NCBI GenBank assembly: GCA_963726455.1
Contig: CAVSCK010000004.1
Coordinates: forward strand, 832,001-896,000
DNA from: an uncultured bacterium
GTDB lineage: Bacteria > Zixibacteria > MSB-5A5 > CAIYYT01
Length of the DNA: 64,000 nucleotides
Direction of reading: 5' to 3'
Below are positions 1 through 8,432 of the stretch, piece by piece (within the stretch, counting starts at the first letter, position 1; every line of letters begins with the position of its first letter). A program made the position numbers and the translations under genes. The notes under the pieces were generated by a model. That model did not search any database, was not told where the DNA came from, and saw only the letters and a program-made list of their open reading frames with translations.

Positions 1-118
1 TTTCCCCTGCTTGCAAAATTGAAAAAAGTCGGTATCTTCCGGCTCAGCTAATTGAAGCTTGAGAAGACAGTGATCACCGACGGTTACAGCCGGGCAATCT
101 GTCAGGGAGCTTGAAGGA

Positions 119-2098
119 TTGAGGCGATTTCCAAGTTATCTGCTCTTATTTTGCAGTCTGCCGATATTGCTGTATGCCGCTGATTCTACACGCGTCGTGG
201 TTCCTGATTCGACGACCAGGACGGATTCCACGCAGATCGTTCGCCCGGATTCAGCGGCCCAGATCGATACCACCGGGACAGCCGACACCACATTCGTAAC
301 CCCTGCCCTGCTGAAGCCGCCGGCGCGGGTGCGGGAGTTCGCCAAGTTGACTCCTTATCTCGATAGTCTGATAACGCTGATGTTCGGCGCTGAAAAGCAA
401 CCTGCGCTTGATCTGGACCTGCCACAGATGTCGTCACGGTTCTATTACGATCCCATGCTGTTTCGCTTTTCATCCTCGGACTGGGGCGAATTCGAGACGG
501 TCAATCCGCTCGGAATGCCGGCCTCGACGATGTCGTGCGTCGACCCGCTAGTTGGCGATGAGTCGTTCGCCAATCCGATTCCCCGGCCGGGCGGCGAGGA
601 ACTTACGCGGATGCAGTATGCCAACGGCTATCGGTTGCTGTCACCGGCACTGGCCGGAGCAGCATCGCCATTCGGCAGACCGTTTGTCGTGTATCAGAAG
701 TTTCAGTTGCCGAATAGCGATACGTCACTCAGCAAGATCTATGTCACGCGTGGCACCGGCGGCTTTGCGAATACAACGTTTACGTTCGAGAATCATTTTG
801 GCCCGGCGGGTATTGTGAACGCCGACGGAACGTTTATCAAGCGCAATAAAGTGCAATCGTATTCTGCCGCCAATCTCACGCGCTTGCGCCTGATGAGCCA
901 GCCACGATTGGCGCAAGGACTCGATGCGACAGTCGGCTTGTTCATCGACCGGCTGAACGGCGACAAGCAGTACGCTGCACTTAGCACGTTTACGCCGGGA
1001 GCGCTGAGCGACAACTATTCCGGCATTTTCGGGCGTTTTTCCTACTATGCAAGTAAGAAGGTCAACTATCGGGGTTCGCTGGTGTACCGCGCCGACGATC
1101 AGCGAATCGACTTTACGGGACTCGGTTCCCACCAGCGATTTCAGGTACTGGACGGGCATCTGTCGCAGCAGATTCAAGGCAAGCACAACTTCTTCGAACT
1201 CGGCGGAGACGTGCGATATTTGAAATACACGGAAAACAGCAAAGCCCACAATGCAATCTACTATAATGCGGTCGCCGGCGAAATCGTCGGGCTGTTGCCG
1301 CAAGTCAACGGCTATGCCTCCGCAAGCCTGCGCGGCTCCACCGATCTCAAGATCAAACCGGGCGCAACGGTCGGTGTTGAGTATCGCTTCGATAGTTTGC
1401 GGGCACTGTCGCTGATGGCGTCCCGCACTGTTGCGATGCCGCAACCGGAGATGCTTTATCTGCGACCCGTGTTCGGACAGTTGGAAGACACGATTCCGGA
1501 TTACCGCATCAGTGGCGACGATCAACTTGAATCGGGATACATTAACAGTCTGGAGTCAATGCTACAGTACAAGTTCAACAACGTGCTGTCAACTTCGGCT
1601 CGCGTCGGCTATGCCAATTTCCGGAGTCTTCCGATCTGGGATGTCGACTTCAGCCAGTATGCCAAAGGCGATTACCGCGCAACCGCGGCGGATCGCAATC
1701 TGGTATATGCCTCGGTGTCCGCGCGGCTGACCCTGCCTCATGGGATCTTCGGTCAGGGCGCATATGCGTTCCGGCATGTTTACCACAGCGCCATTGATTA
1801 TGCGGAGGGACCGCGCCAGATAGCTTCAGGGTACGCAGGGATTCGTTTTCCGATACATAAACTCAAGATCATGGTCAACGGCGCGATCGGCGGGCGGTTT
1901 CGCTCGGAGACGCGCAATTTGCTCGGCGGCAACGACGGAGCACGTTTCGTCGCTGAAGCATACCTGGGGTTCGACTTGAAGAGCTTTCATTTCTTTTACA
2001 ACTACACGAATCTACTCAACGTTAACTATTTTGCCGGTGGTTACAACCAGCCCGGCCGTGCGATCTGGTGGGGATTCACCTGGGCGTTCATTGATTAG
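119..2098 (+). CDS. Outer-membrane beta-barrel protein (TonB-receptor-like / putative porin)
   Basis: Signal peptide, D-S/T-rich linker, alternating amphipathic strands, C-terminal 'GRAIWWGFTWAFID' barrel-type terminus. Confidence 0.55.
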   Translation: MRRFPSYLLLFCSLPILLYAADSTRVVVPDSTTRTDSTQIVRPDSAAQIDTTGTADTTFVTPALLKPPARVREFAKLTPYLDSLITLMFGAEKQPALDLDLPQMSSRFYYDPMLFRFSSSDWGEFETVNPLGMPASTMSCVDPLVGDESFANPIPRPGGEELTRMQYANGYRLLSPALAGAASPFGRPFVVYQKFQLPNSDTSLSKIYVTRGTGGFANTTFTFENHFGPAGIVNADGTFIKRNKVQSYSAANLTRLRLMSQPRLAQGLDATVGLFIDRLNGDKQYAALSTFTPGALSDNYSGIFGRFSYYASKKVNYRGSLVYRADDQRIDFTGLGSHQRFQVLDGHLSQQIQGKHNFFELGGDVRYLKYTENSKAHNAIYYNAVAGEIVGLLPQVNGYASASLRGSTDLKIKPGATVGVEYRFDSLRALSLMASRTVAMPQPEMLYLRPVFGQLEDTIPDYRISGDDQLESGYINSLESMLQYKFNNVLSTSARVGYANFRSLPIWDVDFSQYAKGDYRATAADRNLVYASVSARLTLPHGIFGQGAYAFRHVYHSAIDYAEGPRQIASGYAGIRFPIHKLKIMVNGAIGGRFRSETRNLLGGNDGARFVAEAYLGFDLKSFHFFYNYTNLLNVNYFAGGYNQPGRAIWWGFTWAFID

Positions 2099-2112
2099 CT
2101 TTTGAGGGTTTT

Positions 2113-2661
2113 ATGAACCGCGACTTCGCCTATCAATTGGTTTGTGAGAAGATACAGCAAGAGAATTTGATCAAGCATATTATCAGCGTCGAAGCGGTTA
2201 TGCGCCGTCTGGCCCAGCACTTCAATGAGGATGTCGAACGCTGGGGGCTGGTCGGACTCTTGCATGATCTAGACTATGCCGAAACGGTGAACTCACCGGA
2301 GCGCCACACGTTCCTCACCAAGGAGTGGTTGGCCGCCTATCCGGAGATCGATGCGGAAATGATTCACGCGATTCAGGCGCACGCCGAGCATGTAGAGTGC
2401 CAGTCGCGCATGGATTGGGCAATTTATGCTACCGATCCGACTACCGGTTTGATTACCGCGGCAGTCCTGATGCATCCATCGAAAAAGCTCGACCAGCTGG
2501 AAGTGAAGTCGATATTGAAGCGATTCAAAGATAAGCGTTTTGCAATGGGCGCGCGACGAGATGCCATCGCCAAGTGCGATCAATTGGGGCTGACAATGGA
2601 AGAGTTCATGACTTTGGCGCTGGATGGCATGCGTTCGATTGCCGAACAATTGGGATTGTGA
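2113..2661 (+). CDS. HD-domain (HDIG-like) metal-dependent hydrolase
   Basis: 'LIKH...GLLHDLDY...ERH...AIQAH...D' metal-binding pattern. Confidence 0.8.
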   Translation: MNRDFAYQLVCEKIQQENLIKHIISVEAVMRRLAQHFNEDVERWGLVGLLHDLDYAETVNSPERHTFLTKEWLAAYPEIDAEMIHAIQAHAEHVECQSRMDWAIYATDPTTGLITAAVLMHPSKKLDQLEVKSILKRFKDKRFAMGARRDAIAKCDQLGLTMEEFMTLALDGMRSIAEQLGL

Positions 2662-2703
2662 TTACAGACAGACCAAGTCCTTACGACCGGTCGGAATGAA
2701 TTC

Positions 2704-4062
2704 GTGACAAGCAACAGCCGGGAAATTCAGGGAGGCCGTCTCAGGCGCGCACAGTTCGCCTGGGGGATGTACGATTTCGCCAACACGATCTTCTCGATGA
2801 ACATCGTGACCTTCTACTTCTCGCCGTGGATCATTCTCACGCTGGGAGTGGAAGACATCTGGTATTCGGTCGCGTACTCGGTGTCAATGGTATTGGTGGC
2901 TTTGACCATGCCAGGCCTGGGACGCAAGGCCGACCACACGGCAGGCAAGGTGCGGGGCCTGCGGCAGTTCACGGTGCTCTGTGTGTTGTTCACTATTCTG
3001 CTGTCGCTGGTGGCCATTATGCACCTGAGCGTGACGGTTACCGCGATGTTGGCGCTGCTGTGTTTTGCGGGGGCGAATTTCTTCTATGAGGGCGGGAGCA
3101 CATTCTATAACTCGTTGTTAGCCGATGTGTCGGACGAAAGCAATGTGGGCAAGGTGTCTGGGATTGGTGTGGCATTGGGATATGCCGGAGCGATTGCGGG
3201 ATTGTTTCTGGTGGTGCCGTTTGTCAATGGCACATTTTCGGCGACAATGACGGGACGCGAATACGCGTTTCTGCCGACGGGCGTATTCTTCCTGCTATTT
3301 GCGTTGCCGGCGTTCTATTGGATCAGGGAGCGGAGACATACGCAGGCGGCGGGCACTGAAGATGAAAGCTATCTCAAACGCATGCGCCTGACCTTGAAGG
3401 AGACTCGCGATTATCCGGGTGTGTTGCGATTCCTGATCAGTGACTTTTTGGTTGAGGACGCGATCGCCACGACAATTGTCTTCATGGCGGTCTACGCTGA
3501 AGCGGTGGTCGGTTTTGTCGAGGCGGACAAGCGGATACTCTTCATTTCGTCGACGGCATTTGCCTTCGGAGGGTCGTTCTTGTTCGGTTACCTCACGGAC
3601 TGGATCAAGCCGAAGAATGCGCTGATCATTGCCCTGATCGGCTGGGCGCTGGTGCTGTCAGTCGGCGTGGTTATCAGCAGCAAGACCCTGTTGTATTTCG
3701 TCGGCGGGTTTGTGGGAATATTTCTTGGCGCGGTTTGGACGACGGCGCGCCCACTGCTAAACAGTCTCGTCCCCAAGGAGAAGCTGGGGCAGTTTTATGG
3801 CTTGTATTCCCTTTCGGGCAGATCGGCCGCGACAGTCGGCCCTTTGATCTGGGGCGTAATCGCACTTATTGGCAAGCAAGATATGCCGCTGGGACGAATG
3901 ACACTGGGTCTGCTGTCATCGCTGGGAGTCGAAATTACCACCAATCTTCAGCAGACGATTCACTATCGTTTGGCGCTGGCGTCGTTGTTGATCGCGATGC
4001 TGGCGGGGCTGATTGGCTTCATTAAAGTGCCAAATCGGCGCAGGTACGAAGGCGACAAATAA
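2704..4062 (+). CDS. MFS transporter, UMF1/Atg22-like family
   Basis: 'AWGMYDFANTIF', 'FYNSLL', 'GQFYGLYSLSGR', about 12 TM segments. Confidence 0.85.
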   Translation: MTSNSREIQGGRLRRAQFAWGMYDFANTIFSMNIVTFYFSPWIILTLGVEDIWYSVAYSVSMVLVALTMPGLGRKADHTAGKVRGLRQFTVLCVLFTILLSLVAIMHLSVTVTAMLALLCFAGANFFYEGGSTFYNSLLADVSDESNVGKVSGIGVALGYAGAIAGLFLVVPFVNGTFSATMTGREYAFLPTGVFFLLFALPAFYWIRERRHTQAAGTEDESYLKRMRLTLKETRDYPGVLRFLISDFLVEDAIATTIVFMAVYAEAVVGFVEADKRILFISSTAFAFGGSFLFGYLTDWIKPKNALIIALIGWALVLSVGVVISSKTLLYFVGGFVGIFLGAVWTTARPLLNSLVPKEKLGQFYGLYSLSGRSAATVGPLIWGVIALIGKQDMPLGRMTLGLLSSLGVEITTNLQQTIHYRLALASLLIAMLAGLIGFIKVPNRRRYEGDK

Positions 4063-4174
4063 CAGCCGTTCATCCGACCGTTCCAGCCGACTAATCCACT
4101 CCAGATTTAGATTGCCAAATCGGCGAAAATTGTTATATTTCAAGCGGTTCGCCAGCTACTACTCCGGAGCCGCA

Positions 4175-5623
4175 GTGTATAGAATCGTTCTGTTATCGTT
4201 CATAATCTTAATCAATTCCACAACTTATGCAGTTATTCCCTGGCCGTTCGAACCGTTTGACTCGGCGCAGCCGATCGGCAATAGTTATGGCGAGTATCAG
4301 GATTACGGCGGCGGGGCGTATCTTCATCCCGGCATCGACATACTGCATCCGGCAGGAACTCCGGTATACGCCGTCAAATCGGGCTGGGTGAAGGCCGTAC
4401 TTACCACGGCAGCGGATTTGCACTGGCGTGTTGCGATCGCCGATTGTGACGGCGCGGATAGTTGCGACGGCTGGCTCTACGCTCATCTTGATGCCCAGAC
4501 TATCGCCGTGAGTGAAGGCGATCATGTCGACAGCGGGCAGTTTCTCGGCAACATTGTCACCTGGCCGAACGCCGACTTTCACCATTGCCATTTCGTGAAG
4601 ATTCGTAATGCCGGCCTAACGTGGACAGCCGACTGGTTGTTCGTCGGAAATCCGCTGGATGAACTGGTCAATGCCGAGGACACCACAGCACCGGTAATAC
4701 TCAATGTCGGACCCGGCGCGCCGTTTCGGTTCTGTAAGGACAACACCAACTTCTTCTTCCCGATTGGTGGACCGCTGAATGGCAATGTTGATATTGTTGC
4801 GGAGGCACTGGATCGGGTCGGACATCCTACCTGGATGTTATCACCATATGCGATGGGTTACGACATCTATTCCGATTCGGTTCATCTGGGACCCTATACA
4901 TCGTTTGTCTTCTCAGGCCTGTTGCAGTGGGATCAGGTTCAGCACGTGATTTACAAAAACTCCGGCCCCTGCAATTCTGCCGGTGACTACGATCAACGTG
5001 TATTCTATGAAATACTGACCAATCATGACGACGACTCGCTGGTTGAATTGAGCGATACGACGGGCAAATGGGCGACCGGGCAGGCGCCAAATGATACATA
5101 CAGAGTTCGAGTCTGGGCTCGTGACCAGCATGGAAACACTGCCTGGGACAGCATGACGGTCGCGACAGCCAACTTCTATGACATCGGCGGAACAGTGACT
5201 ACCAGCGATGATTGCCCGGTCAACTCAGGCTCACTAGTGACTGTCACACTATCGGGTGCGCAGGCCTCGACTGCCGTTGACGGCAGTTTCGGTATTGCGT
5301 CGCAGCCGGCGGGAAGATATCGAATTATCGCGTCGCGTGAGGGCTATCAGACCTGTTCCGAGATTTATGAGGTTTTGAGTCCGAGGAACCTGTCGATCAT
5401 GCTCGAACCGGCGCCCTATGTGAATGGCGACGTCGATAATTCCGGCAACGTCGACATTTCCGATGCGGTTTACCTCATTCAGTTCATTTTCAATGACGGC
5501 CCGGCGCCAAAACCCTGGTCGGCGGCAATGCAAATTGACGGCGACCCGGCAGTGGATATTTCGGATGTAGTCTACTTGATAGGATACATATTCGGAGGCG
5601 GCCCGCCACCGGAAGGGAGATAG
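4175..5623 (+). CDS. Secreted M23-family metallopeptidase with Ig/carboxypeptidase-regulatory-like domains and C-terminal dockerin-like domain
   Basis: GTG start after GGAG; signal peptide; HxxxD (HPGID), 'GTPVYA', 'YAHL', HxH (HCH); tandem 'GDVDNSGNVDISDAVYLI' repeats. Confidence 0.8.
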   Translation: MYRIVLLSFIILINSTTYAVIPWPFEPFDSAQPIGNSYGEYQDYGGGAYLHPGIDILHPAGTPVYAVKSGWVKAVLTTAADLHWRVAIADCDGADSCDGWLYAHLDAQTIAVSEGDHVDSGQFLGNIVTWPNADFHHCHFVKIRNAGLTWTADWLFVGNPLDELVNAEDTTAPVILNVGPGAPFRFCKDNTNFFFPIGGPLNGNVDIVAEALDRVGHPTWMLSPYAMGYDIYSDSVHLGPYTSFVFSGLLQWDQVQHVIYKNSGPCNSAGDYDQRVFYEILTNHDDDSLVELSDTTGKWATGQAPNDTYRVRVWARDQHGNTAWDSMTVATANFYDIGGTVTTSDDCPVNSGSLVTVTLSGAQASTAVDGSFGIASQPAGRYRIIASREGYQTCSEIYEVLSPRNLSIMLEPAPYVNGDVDNSGNVDISDAVYLIQFIFNDGPAPKPWSAAMQIDGDPAVDISDVVYLIGYIFGGGPPPEGR

Positions 5624-5624
5624 A

Positions 5625-7203
5625 TTGAAACGTTGGCTAACGATTCTGACACTTCTACAACCCATAATGCTTGTTGCCGCGGTGCCATATCAGCAGAGCC
5701 CGTTTTGGCAATCGACGGAAGCAGGGGTTTATTCTACAGGGCTGGTCTGGGAGGATGCCAATCGCGACGGCTATCTCGATATGTTCGTGTCGAACGGCAA
5801 CGACATGGCAGCGGCACAGGACTACATATACCAGAATAATGTTGGCGCCATCCAAACCACGCACGCGTGGTCGACGCTGGCCAATGACTATTCCGGCCAT
5901 TGTGCTGTTGGCGACATCGATGCCGACGGTTATCCGGAGTACTTTATTTCGAACTATATTCGCAGCGGCTGGGGAGCAACAAAATCGAAAATGCACAAGA
6001 GCAACGCCGGAACTTTCGACGCCATACCTTTATGGGTGACGGGTGACACGCTGCATAGCTTCTCCTGCGATCTCGGCGACGTCGACGGCGACGGGGATCT
6101 GGATATCGCCTTTGCGGCAGGAGAGGGTTATAATCATATCGCTGAGCGGCAACGAATCTACTTCAACCACGAAGGCACGATCGCTTCGTTGCCGGGCTGG
6201 TATTCGCATGACGCAATGTACATGATGGATGTTAGGCTGGGCTGATGTCGACAACGACGGTGATCTCGATCTGGCGTTCTGCGGCGATGAAGGCCATGTC
6301 TGGCTCTACACGAACAACAACGGCGTGCTGGACACCTTGCCGAGTTGGCGTTCGACCGATGTCAACCCCGGCAATTCGCTGGCCTGGGGTGATCTGGATG
6401 GTGACGGATTTCTCGATCTCGCAGTCGCCGACAATAACCAGACCGGCGGAAATGGCCGATTCAAAGTCTACAAGAACACCGGCGGCCAACTTAGTGCTGC
6501 TCCAGTTTGGCAATCTGCTACCAGCGGGTACGGTTCGGCGGTGTGTTGGTACGATGTCGATCGGGACGGCGATAAGGATCTGGTGACCGGCCGCTGGTGG
6601 GACAACGTTGCCATATACGAAAACGTGAATGGTGTGCTGACAACGTCGCCGGTATGGCTATCGAGCACGTCGACGGTTATCGAGGAAATTCGCATGTGCG
6701 ATGTCGACCGGGACGGGATTGAATCATACAAGACGGCGCGTGCCGGAAACGGCGTGAAGAAAGTGTTCTACGTGCAGAATTATCCGATGAACTCGCTCGA
6801 CAGTGTGCGCAGCGACGGCATGAAACTGTTGCCGGGACTATACTGCAACGATCTGTATGCCGGCTGGGTTTCGCTGGCTCATGCTCCGGTCGATTCGGTT
6901 GAGCTTTTCTACAAGTATTCCGACAAACAGGACCTGGCGGTTGTCAACTGGGACGGCGCCAATCTGATTTTCGCCGACACGCTCACGCATGTGCCACCGA
7001 TCATTTATGTCAAAGGTGATGCCGACGGATCCGGCGCAGTTGACATTTCTGACGCGGTATTCCTTATCAATTACATTTTCTCGGCCGGAGTACCCCCGGA
7101 TCCGATATTCCTGGGCGATGCTGACTGTAGCGGCGCGATTGACATTTCGGATGTAGTGTACCTGATCAATTACATTTTTAGTGGTGGACCGGCTCCCTGC
7201 TAA
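5625..7203 (+). CDS. Secreted FG-GAP (7-blade) repeat protein with C-terminal dockerin-like domain; one +1 frameshift near 6232
   Basis: ORFs 5625-6245 and 6229-7203 join into 525 aa if one base is removed (span = 3n+1); seven DxDxDG loops; dockerin-like pair at about 7015-7200. Confidence 0.8.
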
Positions 7204-7292
7204 ACATTGGACGACCTGGCGCGTGATTGTCAGCCGGACATTTCTGTTTCTGTTAGCCCGTCAAAGCTCTATATTGATGGCAGGAGGTTTCT

Positions 7293-7637
7293 ATGGCCGA
7301 TCGATTAGAGCAGTTCCGGCTTTACCGCGAGAAGATGAATGAGCGCATTCTGGGGGAGCATCACCAACAGATCAATCGCTTCTTTGCCCTTGATTCGCGT
7401 ACCTACGAACCCGGTGCCCTGGATTCTCGCACAAAAGAGTTGCTGGGGCTGGTAGCATCGATGGTGCTGCGCTGTGACGACTGCATCGCCTATCATCTGA
7501 TACAATGCAAGAAGGAGGGGATTACCCGCCCGGAGTTCTTTGAGGTGTTCAATGTGGCACTGGTTGTCGGCGGATCGATTGTGATACCCCACCTGCGCCG
7601 GGCAGTCGAGTTGCTGGATGAATTGGAAAAGGAATAA
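7293..7637 (+). CDS. Carboxymuconolactone decarboxylase / AhpD-like protein
   Basis: 'GALDSRTKELLGL...RCDDCIAYH' CxxC motif; AGGAGG RBS. Confidence 0.85.
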   Translation: MADRLEQFRLYREKMNERILGEHHQQINRFFALDSRTYEPGALDSRTKELLGLVASMVLRCDDCIAYHLIQCKKEGITRPEFFEVFNVALVVGGSIVIPHLRRAVELLDELEKE

Positions 7638-7646
7638 CAACTTTCG

Positions 7647-8414
7647 ATGAACGAGTACACGGCTCCTCCCCCTCATTTAGTCCACGACTTTTATCCCTGT
7701 ACAGTCAGTCCCAGGTTCGACATGGGGCTAATCCTTACCGATACCCTGAAGCTTCTGCGCCACGGTTTCGGGCAGTTTGCCATGATATTTCTCGCGATTC
7801 AAGCACCTCTGCAAATAGTGCAGCTTATCGCCCTGCCGGGCTCGGATCAACCGCAGGGGGAACTGGGCAATACGGGAAACCTCATGTTGTCGGCAATCTT
7901 CTTCGGGTTCCTCGGGCTATTCGCCACCTTGAACGTCATGATGGCGGCTCGCTTTCGGGTGGGGGGATCGCCCAAAGTGTTCTATGAAGTATTTCTGCAT
8001 TCTATCATCAAATTCCCGACAGCAGTTTTCGCGACGATCATTCTCTTCATCACGGTCTTCGCCGGTCTGTTGGTGTTGATTATTCCCGGCATAATCTTTT
8101 TCATCTTCGGCTGTTGCTTTCTGCAGGCCATTGCCGTAACCGACCGCCGCATCATCAGCAGTCTCATCGAGAGCTACGACATGGTTCGCGGCAACTGGTG
8201 GAACGTGTTTCTATTTCAGATTGTATTGGTGATGGTCGTGGGAATCGTCGGCCTGCCCCTGTTTCTTTTCGATTACCTTGTGGCCCCACCGCTGGCGATC
8301 AAAGTTCCACTGTATTTGATTTTCGATGCGGTTGGGATTGTTGCCAACGTGGCGAGCGTGTTGATGTTCTACAATTTGCTGGCGATCAGAGCGCATCGAA
8401 TAATGGGGGCTTGA
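7647..8414 (+). CDS. Integral membrane protein of unknown function (about 6 TM)
   Basis: 'LLVLIIPGII', 'SLIESYDMVRGNWW' pattern typical of small 6-TM hypothetical families. Confidence 0.6.
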   Translation: MNEYTAPPPHLVHDFYPCTVSPRFDMGLILTDTLKLLRHGFGQFAMIFLAIQAPLQIVQLIALPGSDQPQGELGNTGNLMLSAIFFGFLGLFATLNVMMAARFRVGGSPKVFYEVFLHSIIKFPTAVFATIILFITVFAGLLVLIIPGIIFFIFGCCFLQAIAVTDRRIISSLIESYDMVRGNWWNVFLFQIVLVMVVGIVGLPLFLFDYLVAPPLAIKVPLYLIFDAVGIVANVASVLMFYNLLAIRAHRIMGA

Positions 8415-8432
8415 GCGTCGCTGGCGCGGCGC

